A DNA stretch of 64,000 nt, from assembly GCA_963843145.1 (NCBI GenBank), contig CAWJJC010000012.1:64001-128000 (forward strand), given 5' to 3'. The notes under the pieces were generated by a model. The model worked only from the letters and a program-made list of their open reading frames with translations. It did no database searches and had not been told where the DNA came from. Shown here piece after piece: positions 19,776 to 29,704 of this stretch. The position numbers were made by a program, and so were the translations under genes. Each line of letters starts with the position of its first letter. Within the stretch, counting starts at the first letter, position 1. The DNA comes from an uncultured delta proteobacterium (GTDB taxonomy: Bacteria; Desulfobacterota; RBG-13-43-22).

Positions 19776-22071
19776 AGGGTATCCAGGAGACGGCTCCCCC
19801 TTCGACCGGCAGGGCATCCTCCGGAGCCTTAAAGGCTTCCAAAACAGTGTTTCCTCCCACTCCCCGCAGGGGTTGGAAAACGATCCCGGGCGGGACTGGA
19901 AATTCTTCGGCCAGGGCATTGGCCAGCGCTTTTTGAAAGAATTCCAGGATGATCGGACTGGCCGCCTGGGCTCCGGTCTCTCCGGCCCCCAGCGTGGCGA
20001 GGTTATCCAGACCCACCCAAACCCCGGCGGTCACCTGTGGGGTGAGGCCCATAAACCAGGCATCCCGAAAATCATTGGTTGTGCCGGTTTTCCCGGCCAC
20101 CGGTCGGCCCAAGGCCTTCAGGCGCCAACCCGTCCCCTCTTTAACTACCCCCTCCAGCAAATGCGTTATAATATAGGCGGTGTTGGGTGCCATGACCGGT
20201 TCGGGTTGAGGCTGGTGAAGGTAAATAACCCGGCCCAGATGATCCATGATTCTGGTGATATAAAAGGGGAGCACCCGATTTCCCCCATTATTAAAACAGT
20301 TGTAAGCCGTGACCATTTCCGCCAGGGAGACCCCCGAGGAACCCAGGGCCAGGGAAAGATTGGGATAAAGGGGCGAGGTGATCCCCAACTGCTGGGCATA
20401 GCGAATAGCATACTCCACCCCAATGCGCTGGAGGATGCGGATGGAAACGATATTTCGCGATTGAATCAAGCCGGTGCGCAACAACGTCGGTCCATTAAAC
20501 TTATGGTCGAAATTTTGTGGTGACCAGGGGTTGCTGCCTCCGAAGACCAGAGGGGTGTCCATCAGGACCGAAGCCGGTGTCAGGCCCTTGTCCAAACCCG
20601 CCGCATAGATGATCGGTTTAAAGGCCGAACCGGGCTGCCTCTTGGCCTGGGTGGCCCGATTAAACTCGGTCTGTCTGTGATCTTTTCCGCCCACCAGGGC
20701 CTTAATCGCTCCGGTGGTCTTGTCGATACAGATCAGGGCGGCCTCGACGGGATTTTGTTCGGCCAGGGACAGATAGGGCTTCCCTGGATCTACCCGGAAA
20801 TTCAAGACATCGCCTTCCCGGAATAAATCGACACTCCTCCCGCCGGCGGTTGATTCGTCATCCGCAGAAGAAATTTTGGGTTCCGCGGTCCGCTGGGGCA
20901 GCGGGAACACCCCCCACTCCCGGCCAAGGCACACTCGGGCTGTTTTCCCGATCGGATCGATTTGGACGATAATGCCGGTCCGCAGCGGGCCGTTTTTTTT
21001 CGAACCGTTTGCCGGTGGGCGAGCCAACTGCTGGCAGTAGGCCTCGATCTTGTCGGGGGGGATTTGCCGAAGCGGTTTGGCATAAAGGTGGCGCAAGTAA
21101 ACCGCCCGAGTCCCGTTCTCCACCGCTTCCCGGGCGGCTTTTTGAAATCCGGATTCGATGGTGGTATAAATGGTGAGTCCGGCTTGCAGGACAAAATCCG
21201 AGCCGTAGTTCTGATATAGAAATTTGCGGACCATGTCGCTGAGATGGGGGGCGACGGCGCCGATGCTATCCGACTCGCGGGCAAAGGTCAGGGGAAACTG
21301 CTCCGCCTTTTGCGCCTCCTGGGAGGGCAGAAAACCCTCCTCCACCATTCGTTTTAATACGTAGCGCTGTCGATCCTTGGCCCGCTGGAAATTCAATAAG
21401 GGCGAATAGCGACTGGGCGCCTGCGGGAGGCCGGCCAACATGGCGCTCTCGGCCAGGTTGAGCTCCTTGGATTTCTTACCGAAATAGGTCTGGGCGGCCG
21501 CTTCCACTCCGTAGGCTCCGTGTCCCAGGTAGATCTGGTTGAGATAGATATAAAGGATGTCCCGCTTGGATAGATTTTGATCCAGCCGGTAGGCCAGGAA
21601 GGCCTCCTTGATTTTTCGGGAAAAACTTTTCTCCGGGGAGAGGAGCAGGGACTTGGTCACCTGCTGGGTAATGGTACTGCCACCCTGAACAATTTCACCG
21701 GCCCAGATATTTTTCCAGAAAGCCCGCAGAATGCTTATAAAATCGAGTCCTCCGTGCTGAAAGAAACGGGAGTCTTCCGAGGCGATAAAAGCCTGAATAA
21801 GCTGCGGAGGGAGTTCGGTGAGCGCCACCAAGATCCTTTTTTCTTTATAGAGAAAGCCGATCGGAGCGCCATCGGCCGCCAGGATCTGGGTAGCCAAAGG
21901 AGGCTGATAGTCCTGCAGGGAGCGAATGTCGGGCAATTGATAGACCAGCAAGAGGTAGTACAGCCCGGCCAAGGTAAAAACGGCCCCGAAAAAGGCGGTA
22001 ATAAAGAACCAAACCTTGAGGACCTTAAATCTTGATGATCGGGGGGGGCGACGCGCTGGTTTGCTAGGCAT
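19774..22071 (-). CDS. mrcA: Penicillin-binding protein 1A (transglycosylase/transpeptidase)
   Basis: EDSRFFQHGG, GGSTITQQ, RQPGSAFKP, SRN, KTGTT; start placed at MPSKP. Confidence 0.9.
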   Translation of the reverse strand: MPSKPARRPPRSSRFKVLKVWFFITAFFGAVFTLAGLYYLLLVYQLPDIRSLQDYQPPLATQILAADGAPIGFLYKEKRILVALTELPPQLIQAFIASEDSRFFQHGGLDFISILRAFWKNIWAGEIVQGGSTITQQVTKSLLLSPEKSFSRKIKEAFLAYRLDQNLSKRDILYIYLNQIYLGHGAYGVEAAAQTYFGKKSKELNLAESAMLAGLPQAPSRYSPLLNFQRAKDRQRYVLKRMVEEGFLPSQEAQKAEQFPLTFARESDSIGAVAPHLSDMVRKFLYQNYGSDFVLQAGLTIYTTIESGFQKAAREAVENGTRAVYLRHLYAKPLRQIPPDKIEAYCQQLARPPANGSKKNGPLRTGIIVQIDPIGKTARVCLGREWGVFPLPQRTAEPKISSADDESTAGGRSVDLFREGDVLNFRVDPGKPYLSLAEQNPVEAALICIDKTTGAIKALVGGKDHRQTEFNRATQAKRQPGSAFKPIIYAAGLDKGLTPASVLMDTPLVFGGSNPWSPQNFDHKFNGPTLLRTGLIQSRNIVSIRILQRIGVEYAIRYAQQLGITSPLYPNLSLALGSSGVSLAEMVTAYNCFNNGGNRVLPFYITRIMDHLGRVIYLHQPQPEPVMAPNTAYIITHLLEGVVKEGTGWRLKALGRPVAGKTGTTNDFRDAWFMGLTPQVTAGVWVGLDNLATLGAGETGAQAASPIILEFFQKALANALAEEFPVPPGIVFQPLRGVGGNTVLEAFKAPEDALPVEGGAVSWIP

Positions 22072-22126
22072 AGGATGCGTTTGGTGAGGGTCGGTTATCC
22101 TTCGGAAATCAAGACAATAACGGGTT

Positions 22127-22442
22127 GTTCGCCCTTTTGGATGGACGGGCACGAAAGATGGAGGTTTGGTCCGAAATCGGGCCTTCGTGGCCGCCGGGTC
22201 TCGGCGAAAGGGTTTTCCTCATTGCTTTATCGGTTCTAACCCGGCCCCCATGTTTTCAAATCTTCCCGGAGGCAGGGCCAGCCTAACAGGCCCTCAAAGT
22301 CTCTGAGTTTGGGCCTGCGTTGAATAAAATTGGTCAGTTTGGCCCGGAATCGAAGTCCGGAGTACCTCTGGAAAACCCTTTCGCCGAGACCCGGCGGCCA
22401 TACCAGATAGACGGGGGTACTCACCCCAAAGGGCGAAGCGTC
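22127..22442. repeat. Repeat family A: inverted pair (22127-22218 and 22360-22442), REPIN-like
   Basis: TGGCCGCCGGGTCTCGGCGAAAGGGTTTTCC is the reverse complement of the core of the direct copy; TTCGCCCTTTTGG matches the distal end. Confidence 0.8.
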
Positions 22443-22611
22443 AAATAACGATATTGTCTGCCGGAGCCCAATTTTATCGAAAAGAAGATGGGTCCACTAA
22501 AGGCTATTATAGCTGGACGAGAGGGTGGGATCAACTGTAAAAGCCCGGACCCTGGAACCGACCGGAAAGGTCAATCTCCTGAAACAAGGTTGGCCGGCAT
22601 GATTGAGTCGG

Positions 22612-23355
22612 TCAAAAATCGAAGAGATCCGGCACCCGAGCGATCATCTGCTCCAATGGTGTTTGATTCCCGGATTGGAGCAGGTCCCGAACGAGGGTGA
22701 ATTTCAATTGGACTGCTTGGGAAAGACCAAAGATTAAGGCGGCGGTTAAAAAACTCATATCCCGGAAATAGCCTTCCTGAAAGTGCCGGTGCCGTGGATT
22801 CAGTTCTTGGGACCAGCCTTCAACCCGGTCGGCGGCTTGGAGCAGGTCTTCATCGGACATCTTCCGCGGCCCGATGGTTTCCACGGCAGTACAATAAGCC
22901 ACCTGATGGCCGGTCACCTCTTCGGGCAGGGCAACCCCCAGGTTCCTCCATTGTTGAACCACGTTTTTTTTTATCAAGCGGGCCTGATGCGCTATCTGCC
23001 GATAATGGCCCTGCGACCAGAGACCATAGGCCCGGCAGCCGAAAAATCGACTGGGATAAATCAGGCAATCCCGGTCTTCCAGGAAGGGGCAGCCGATAAT
23101 CTCGGCCGGGTTGATAAAAAAATAGCGGCTGATTTTTTGCGTAAGCTCCCTCCGCCGGGCGGGGGGGAATCTTCTGATCTGGTCCAGGACTTCCAGGGCT
23201 TCCAGAAGGGACATTTCCGGCAGGAGGGAACAGCACAGGGCGCGGCGTTGGCAGGACGTATCCGGCAATTGGGAATAGATATTCCTTAGATCCTGCCGCT
23301 GTCCTTGAGAATTGAAGATCAGTTCCCGCAGGTCCGGGATAGTCAGGGGAATCAC
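22612..23355 (-). CDS. YkgJ-family cysteine-cluster protein
   Basis: CQRRALCC, CPFLEDRDCLIYPSRFFGCR. Confidence 0.75.
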   Translation of the reverse strand: MIPLTIPDLRELIFNSQGQRQDLRNIYSQLPDTSCQRRALCCSLLPEMSLLEALEVLDQIRRFPPARRRELTQKISRYFFINPAEIIGCPFLEDRDCLIYPSRFFGCRAYGLWSQGHYRQIAHQARLIKKNVVQQWRNLGVALPEEVTGHQVAYCTAVETIGPRKMSDEDLLQAADRVEGWSQELNPRHRHFQEGYFRDMSFLTAALIFGLSQAVQLKFTLVRDLLQSGNQTPLEQMIARVPDLFDF

Positions 23356-23364
23356 GGGTGGTCT

Positions 23365-24009
23365 TTAATAACCCAGATTTTCCCCCACCAGTTTAACCTG
23401 GAGTCGGTCTTTCACGGCCTGGCCTTCGATAATGGACCACATGTTGCAGATACGGGTCGGGGTGTGGCAATCGCTGCACAAGCCGGTCTCTTTGCAGGGG
23501 TTATTGATATTAAGCCGGATGCAATTCATGGGGGCGGCCACCTGTTTGGTCCGGTCCATGGCCTCTTGCAGGGTCAGGGCCACTTTGTTCATCCCGACTA
23601 CTAAGATGACTTTCTTAGGGCCAAAGGTCATCGCCGCCACCCGGTTTCCCATGCCGTCCAAGTTCACCAGCCTTCCATCCAGGGTAATGGCATTGCTGCT
23701 GGCGATCATGAAATCGGCGGTCAGCCCCCGGCGGCGCATCTCGAGGCCTTCTTCCGGTGAATATTCCGGAAGGTAGGGGTCGATCACGGTAATTCTGGGA
23801 TTGGCCTTCAACCGTTCCCACAACCCCATTTCCACCAGGGATGTGGACCCGCAGCGGAAGACCGAGGAACCGTCCGGGATCAGGGCCGCCACTTCCTCCC
23901 GGGCCTGGGCGATGGTTGGGGCGTAGCTCCCGGCCATACGTCGTTTTTCCAGAGCCTTGATAATCTGTTGCGCCAACTTTTCCTTAAAAATTTCTTGCGG
24001 AGTCGCCAT
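23365..24009 (-). CDS. LUD-domain (lactate utilization LutC-like) protein
   Basis: SSNAITLDGRLVNLDGMGNRVAA, VGMNK, CKETGLCSDC...RICN, LVGENLGY. Confidence 0.85.
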   Translation of the reverse strand: MATPQEIFKEKLAQQIIKALEKRRMAGSYAPTIAQAREEVAALIPDGSSVFRCGSTSLVEMGLWERLKANPRITVIDPYLPEYSPEEGLEMRRRGLTADFMIASSNAITLDGRLVNLDGMGNRVAAMTFGPKKVILVVGMNKVALTLQEAMDRTKQVAAPMNCIRLNINNPCKETGLCSDCHTPTRICNMWSIIEGQAVKDRLQVKLVGENLGY

Positions 24010-24048
24010 AATGTCCTCCTCTGTATATGATTTAATTTTTGGTTAAAA

Positions 24049-24183
24049 CTCGAAATCCGAATTTCGAAATCCGAAACAAATTCAAATGATCAAATTTCCA
24101 AAATTTAAAATATTCCTGTTTTGATCATTTGGATTTTGGACCTTCGTGCTTGTTTCGGATTTCGTGCTTCGGATTTCGAATTT
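24049..24183. repeat. Heptamer-periodic inverted repeat element (CGAAATC.. / ..GATTTCG)
   Basis: CGAAATCCGAATTTCGAAATCCGAAACAAA...TTGTTTCGGATTTCGTGCTTCGGATTTCGAATTT; right half recurs at 41257-41319. Confidence 0.8.
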
Positions 24184-24259
24184 ACAGATCCTCTTGGTCA
24201 AAGATTAGAGAAAAATTCTCAGATTAATATGTGTAAGAATCTGTGGGTTGACGGGTACC

Positions 24260-24724
24260 TCAAACCAAGTTTCCCAGGCGTTCCTGAAGATCGCGGCGGT
24301 GTCCTTTTTCTTCTTCGATAATGAGCCGGAGATCATCACGGCCCTGGGCCATTTCAACAAATGGCTCCAGCATTTCGTAAAAAACAACCGTGTCCTGCTC
24401 GAACTCCGCGGCTATCCGCATAACGGCTTGGAGATCCGGAACCCGGGCGAGATCCAGGTCGTCCAGAGAAAAGGCCTTTTCCCCCAGGATGTTCTGAAAC
24501 AGCTCCCGGCCCATGGCTTCCAAGTTCTTGTCTACCGGTATGGTCCCCACCCGGCTTTTAAGATCGGTGAACCAGCGCTGATGCTCCAGTTCCTCATCCG
24601 CCAGACGGCCGAGCAGGTCCGCCAGGAAGGGATCGGAGGTCTCTTGCTGAGCCCGGCGATAGGTGCTTTCCCCGTTTTTTTCAATCTGTACGGCAATTTC
24701 AATAATTTCGGATAAAGTAAACAT
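24260..24724 (-). CDS. Rubrerythrin/ferritin-like diiron protein
   Basis: IEKNGE..Y, LADEELEH, FEQDTVVFY, IIEEEKGH. Confidence 0.85.
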   Translation of the reverse strand: MFTLSEIIEIAVQIEKNGESTYRRAQQETSDPFLADLLGRLADEELEHQRWFTDLKSRVGTIPVDKNLEAMGRELFQNILGEKAFSLDDLDLARVPDLQAVMRIAAEFEQDTVVFYEMLEPFVEMAQGRDDLRLIIEEEKGHRRDLQERLGNLV

Positions 24725-24878
24725 GGGATCCCATCCTGCGGTTAAACGATTCACGGTCCAACAATAAACCTTGACAGGTAAAAGGCTGTTCCACTAAATT
24801 TATTAAATATTTCGAATGGTGTCAATTCATAAACCGGGAGTGTTTCGGTTCCCGGGTTTAAGGGTTAAGGAGAAATTC

Positions 24879-26069
24879 ATGGATCCATTAAGTCAGATAA
24901 CCATCCTTTCATTAGAACAAGCCACGGTGCTGCCCTATTTGACCTTCCGGTTGGTCCAGGACGGGGTCCAGGTGATCCGCCTGGAGCATCCGGTCTTTGG
25001 AGACCCCAATCGCATGGTGGGGGATAACGTCCTCCAGGAAGAGCGGATGTTCAGCTATTTTATGGCCATTAATGCCGGGAAAAAGGCCCTGACCTTAAAC
25101 CTGGGCGTTCCGGAGGGCCAGCAGATTCTAAAAGACCTGATTGTGAAACTAAAGGTCGATATTTTTGCCACCAACCAGCTTCCCCGAAACTACGCCAAGC
25201 TAGGCATCGATTACGAAATACTCAAGGCCGTTAAGCCGGATTTGATCTGGCTGGGAATCACCGGGTTCGGCCCGGACAGCAACGAGGCGGCCTATGATCC
25301 GATACTACAGGCCCGGGGCGGCCTGATGGAGCTGACCGGGGAAGCGGACGGGGAACCCCAGGTCCTGGGCATTCCGCTTCCGGATATGGGGGCCAGCGAA
25401 CACGCCTACGGCCTGCTGATGAAGGCCCTGTTTCGTCGACAGGCCACCGGACAGGGCAGCCGGATCGACCTGTCCATGTTCGAAAGCACCGTCTCCTGGC
25501 TGACCGTGCCCATCACCCTGAGCCGGTCTTTCGGCAAGAAGATCACCCGGCGGGGAAACACCCATGAGTTCTTTGCCCCGGTTTCCGTCTACCCCACGGC
25601 CGACGGCTACGTTTATGTGGCCGGAGGCAACGACAAGCAGTGGAATGCCCTGACGCAGTTACCCGGTTTCGAAACACTGGCCCAGGAGGGCTACCGGAAA
25701 AACGCCGGCCGGATCGCCGAAGTAAAGAAGCTGAATCAGGAGATCAGCGCCATTACCCGAAAATTCGAGAGCACCAAATTAATCGATCTTTTTAATCAAA
25801 TCGGGGTGCCGATTTCCGAGATTCATGGTATAGACCAGGTGGTTCAGGACCCCCTGGTCGCTCGTAATTTGTTGCGAACCAAAGATCCGAAGACCGGAAT
25901 GGAAATCACCCTGGCCCCGCCGCCCCACATGACCGAGTACCTGAAATCCAGCGGCGGTCAGCTTTCCTTTCCACCCCGTTTCGGGGAACATAATGGAGCG
26001 ATTTACGGGCAGGTATTAGGCCTCGTCCCGGACCAAATAAATGAAATGAAAGAAAAGGGGATCATTTAA
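24879..26069 (+). CDS. CaiB/BaiF (family III) CoA transferase
   Basis: INAGKKALTLNL, LGIDYE, TGFGP, AYDPILQA.GGLM.LTGE, PPRFGEH. Confidence 0.9.
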   Translation: MDPLSQITILSLEQATVLPYLTFRLVQDGVQVIRLEHPVFGDPNRMVGDNVLQEERMFSYFMAINAGKKALTLNLGVPEGQQILKDLIVKLKVDIFATNQLPRNYAKLGIDYEILKAVKPDLIWLGITGFGPDSNEAAYDPILQARGGLMELTGEADGEPQVLGIPLPDMGASEHAYGLLMKALFRRQATGQGSRIDLSMFESTVSWLTVPITLSRSFGKKITRRGNTHEFFAPVSVYPTADGYVYVAGGNDKQWNALTQLPGFETLAQEGYRKNAGRIAEVKKLNQEISAITRKFESTKLIDLFNQIGVPISEIHGIDQVVQDPLVARNLLRTKDPKTGMEITLAPPPHMTEYLKSSGGQLSFPPRFGEHNGAIYGQVLGLVPDQINEMKEKGII

Positions 26070-26072
26070 TCC

Positions 26073-26483
26073 ATGACCACTGAGAAGAAAATCAATCGAA
26101 AAATAAGGATCTTGATCGCCAAGCCGGGATTGGACGGCCATGACCGGGGCGCCAAGGTAATGGCCCATGCCCTGCGGGATGCCGGGATGGAGGTAATTTA
26201 CACCGGTTTGCACCAGACCGTGGAAAGCATCGTCCAGGCGGCCCTCCAGGAGGCGGTAGATGTGGTCGGCCTATCCATCATGTCCGGGGCCCATTTGCCC
26301 ATCAGCAAAAAACTGATGGCCTTGATGGCCGAGAAGGGTCTCCAGGACCGCTTGGTTCTGGTAGGCGGGGTGATCCCCAAGCGGGACATTCCGGCTTTGA
26401 AGGATCTGGGGGTGGCCGGCGTGTTTCCCGGAGGGACGCCATTCAAGGTGCCGATCGAGTTTATTCGAAGCAGTTTAAATTAA
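26073..26483 (+). CDS. Cobalamin-binding small subunit of acyl-CoA mutase (methylmalonyl-CoA mutase C-terminal domain)
   Basis: AKPGLDGHDRGAKV, SIMSGAH, GGVIP. Confidence 0.9.
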   Translation: MTTEKKINRKIRILIAKPGLDGHDRGAKVMAHALRDAGMEVIYTGLHQTVESIVQAALQEAVDVVGLSIMSGAHLPISKKLMALMAEKGLQDRLVLVGGVIPKRDIPALKDLGVAGVFPGGTPFKVPIEFIRSSLN

Positions 26484-26588
26484 AACGAAAATAGGGGAGG
26501 ATTTGGTTCCCCTCCAATCGAGCGGCTAAAATCACCTTGCCCCGATCTTTATTTTATATCCCAAGGGCATCCATAACGCTGGTTCCGC

Positions 26589-27962
26589 ATGTCCGAGCCT
26601 CATAAGATCCGCCTGCTGGTCGTTGACGACGAAAAAAACCAACGGGAGTTGCTGCAGGGTTTCCTGCAAAAAAAAGGCTACCCTGTCCAAGCGGCGGAAG
26701 GCGGGGAGGCCGCGCTCGAATGGCTGAAAGAAAGCGGCTGTGAAGTGGTGTTCACCGACCACAAGATGCCCGGCATGGATGGAACTACTCTGCTCCGGGA
26801 AATCAAAAAACGGCATCCTGAAACGGTGGTGGTCCTGATGACGGCCTACGGCACGGTGGAGAAGGCCGTCGAGGCCATGAAAATGGGCGCCTACGACTAC
26901 CTGACCAAGCCCATTGATCTGGACGAACTGTTGATCTTATTAGGGCGGATCGAGAGCAGCCTGCTGCTGACCTGGGAGGTGAAGCAGCTTCGTCAGGAAC
27001 TGAAAACAAAATTCAGCTTTGAAGGATTGATTACCCAGAGCGCCAGGATGGAGGATGTCCTCTCCCTGGTGGCCCGGGTAGCCCCCAGCCAGTCTACGGT
27101 GATGATCCGGGGGGAGAGCGGGACGGGCAAAGGGCTGCTGGCCCGGATCATCCATTACCATAGCCCCCGGTCTTCCGGTCCGCTGGTGACCCTCAATTGC
27201 GCGGCTATCCCGGAGAACCTCCTGGAAAGCGAGCTTTTCGGCCATGAAAAAGGGGCGTTTACCGGCGCGATTTCCCAGCACCAGGGAAAATTTGAACAGG
27301 CCCACGGGGGGACCCTATTTTTGGACGAGATCGGCGATCTTTCCCCGGTGCTCCAGTCCAAGCTGCTGCGGGCCGTTCAGGAGAGGTCTTTTGAGCGGGT
27401 GGGGGGCAGCAAAACCATCGAGGTGGACGTCCGGCTGATCTCGGCCACCCACCAGGATCTGGAACAACTCATCCGGGAAAATCGCTTCCGGGAAGACCTT
27501 TACTACCGCTTGAACGTGGTCTCCCTCTTCCTCCCGCCTTTGCGGGAACGGAAAGAGGACATCCCCATCCTGCTGGATCATTTTCTGAAAAAATTCGGCC
27601 GGGCCAATAGAAAAGAGAATATCGAAGTATCCAAGGAGGCCCGCGACCTGCTCCTGCGCCACGATTACCCGGGAAATATCCGGGAACTGGAAAACCTGGT
27701 TGAAAGGGCCGTGGTCCTGGCTCGGGACAATCTGATTACTTCCCGGGAGATCCCTTTCCATTTAAAGGAGGGCCGGGATGAGTCGGAGTCACCACCCCCA
27801 TCGTCCTCCGATCTCCCCCTGATGGAACAGTTGGACGCCCTGGAAAAGTATCTGATCCGACAGGCCTTGAATGAAACCGACGGGGTCCAGACCCGGGCGG
27901 CGGAAAAGCTGGGTATCAGCGAACGGGTGCTGCGTTATAAACTTAAGAAGTACGGCATTTGA
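26589..27962 (+). CDS. Sigma-54-dependent response regulator (NtrC/AtoC family)
   Basis: REC domain, GESGTGK, ESELFGHEKGAFTGA, REDLYYRLNV, Fis-type HTH. Confidence 0.95.
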   Translation: MSEPHKIRLLVVDDEKNQRELLQGFLQKKGYPVQAAEGGEAALEWLKESGCEVVFTDHKMPGMDGTTLLREIKKRHPETVVVLMTAYGTVEKAVEAMKMGAYDYLTKPIDLDELLILLGRIESSLLLTWEVKQLRQELKTKFSFEGLITQSARMEDVLSLVARVAPSQSTVMIRGESGTGKGLLARIIHYHSPRSSGPLVTLNCAAIPENLLESELFGHEKGAFTGAISQHQGKFEQAHGGTLFLDEIGDLSPVLQSKLLRAVQERSFERVGGSKTIEVDVRLISATHQDLEQLIRENRFREDLYYRLNVVSLFLPPLRERKEDIPILLDHFLKKFGRANRKENIEVSKEARDLLLRHDYPGNIRELENLVERAVVLARDNLITSREIPFHLKEGRDESESPPPSSSDLPLMEQLDALEKYLIRQALNETDGVQTRAAEKLGISERVLRYKLKKYGI

Positions 27963-27965
27963 AAT

Positions 27966-28004
27966 GAACGTCGAACATTGAACATCGAACGTCCAACATC
28001 GAAT
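27966..28004 (+). repeat. Heptamer tandem repeat (GAACATC/GAACGTC)
   Basis: TGAACGTCGAACATTGAACATCGAACGTCCAACATCGAATG. Confidence 0.7.
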
Positions 28005-28019
28005 GAAAAACAAAACCCC

Positions 28020-28691
28020 ATGGAGAAATACCTGCGATCAACTGAAATCATCGACTGGACCCAGACGGACGTTTCCCGGCTGGCCGGTTCGCTGGCTGCT
28101 CAAACCAGCGATGAAACAGAAATCGCCAAGCGGTGTTTCGAATGGGTGCGGGATAAAGTTAAACACAGCTATGACTACCAATGTTCTCCGGTAACCTGTT
28201 CCGCCTCCGAGGTCCTTGCGGCCGGAACGGGCTATTGTTTTGCGAAAAGCCATCTCCTGGCTGCCATCTTAAGGGCCAACAGTATTCCCGCCGGTTTCTG
28301 TTATCAACGCTTGAGCCGTGACGACCAGGGTCCGCCCTTCGTGCTGCACGGCCTCGTTGCCGCTCGTCTTCCCCGGTATGGCTGGTATCGGATGGACCCC
28401 CGCGGCAATCGGAAAGACATCGATTCTCAATTTACACCACCGATCGAGCGTTTGGCCTTCCGTCTGGGCCTTCCTGGAGAGGCCGACTTGCCTGAAATCT
28501 GGACGGACCCCCTGCCGGTAGTGGTTGAGGCCCTTCGGTCCTACCCAACCTGGGATGTCCTCTGGGAAAACCTGCCCGACATAGAATTGCTGCCGGGACT
28601 CGAACCATCCATTGCTTCGGTGGGAAAAGAGCCAGCAGAGCCTAACGGTGACCTGCAGCGGGTCCTGGTAAAAAGGGTTCACTCCCGTTGA
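28020..28691 (+). CDS. Transglutaminase-like cysteine protease-family protein
   Basis: GYCFAKSHLLAA.LRA..IPAGFCYQRL, LHGL, MDPRGN; C-terminus reads into an attC-like site. Confidence 0.88.
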   Translation: MEKYLRSTEIIDWTQTDVSRLAGSLAAQTSDETEIAKRCFEWVRDKVKHSYDYQCSPVTCSASEVLAAGTGYCFAKSHLLAAILRANSIPAGFCYQRLSRDDQGPPFVLHGLVAARLPRYGWYRMDPRGNRKDIDSQFTPPIERLAFRLGLPGEADLPEIWTDPLPVVVEALRSYPTWDVLWENLPDIELLPGLEPSIASVGKEPAEPNGDLQRVLVKRVHSR

Positions 28692-28702
28692 GCCGTATGT
28701 CG

Positions 28703-29509
28703 ATGAAGATGAGATACCCTTTGGCCATTGCCGTGATCATAATAGGGGCAACCCTCGCCTATGGCCAAACTTTTCCCATTCCTGAAAGCCTGGTCAACAG
28801 CGCTTTTGCCGGTCGCCGGGGAGCCTTCGTCCTCATTGACTGCTCATCCGGAGCAAGCAGCGATTTCCGCCCGGAGGCCTCATCGGAGAAACTGGCCCCT
28901 TGCTCGACCTTTAAGATCTGGAACACCCTGATAGGCCTGGAGAGCGGAATACTATCCACGGCGGAAGAAGCCTTTTACCAATGGGACGGAGTAACCCGTC
29001 CTATCCCTGAATGGAATCGGAACCTCACCCTGAAGGAAGCTTTCCGGGCCTCCTGCGTGCCGGCGTTTCAGAATTTGGCCCGGCAGATTGGACCCCGCCG
29101 AATGCAATTGTGGATCAACAAGATCGGCTATGGGGACAGAGATCTATCCGCCGGAATCGATGTCTTCTGGCTCCCCGCTGCGGGAAGAAAGACGATTCTG
29201 ATTTCGCCAAAAGAGCAGGCGCAACTGATCGGCAAGCTGGTCTCGGGCAAACTTCCCTTTTCCGCGAAATCCCTGGCAGTGCTCAAGGATATTATGCTTA
29301 TTAAGCGGACAGGCCACGGCATTCTTTACGGAAAGACCGGGTCGGGCGCTGACGATAATGGAACATACGCCTTGGGATGGTTTGTTGGCTATGTGGAAAG
29401 CCAGGACCGGACCTATGCCTTCGCCTGCGCGGCCAAGGGAAACAACGTCATGGGCAAGGACGCTCGCGACATCGTTGAGAGAGTTCTGGAAGGGCAAGGG
29501 CTCTTGTAG
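28703..29509 (+). CDS. Class D (OXA-type) beta-lactamase-family protein
   Basis: Signal peptide; PCSTFKI, SCV, YGD, FWL, KTG, GWFVG. Confidence 0.88.
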   Translation: MKMRYPLAIAVIIIGATLAYGQTFPIPESLVNSAFAGRRGAFVLIDCSSGASSDFRPEASSEKLAPCSTFKIWNTLIGLESGILSTAEEAFYQWDGVTRPIPEWNRNLTLKEAFRASCVPAFQNLARQIGPRRMQLWINKIGYGDRDLSAGIDVFWLPAAGRKTILISPKEQAQLIGKLVSGKLPFSAKSLAVLKDIMLIKRTGHGILYGKTGSGADDNGTYALGWFVGYVESQDRTYAFACAAKGNNVMGKDARDIVERVLEGQGLL

Positions 29510-29704
29510 ATAGACCTTATTCAAAATTGATATTGACGGCATCGTAACTTCCTGATATTGAAAGGAAACTATTCAATATAGGATTAGCGTCGCCTACGGC
29601 AGCGCCAACCAGGCCATCGGACAACGATGTCCCTGGGCCTCTTGGACCTTCGGCCCCCTCAAGCTGCGGGCCAGGGGTCAACGCCGCATTAGCAAAGGTA
29701 GAAA

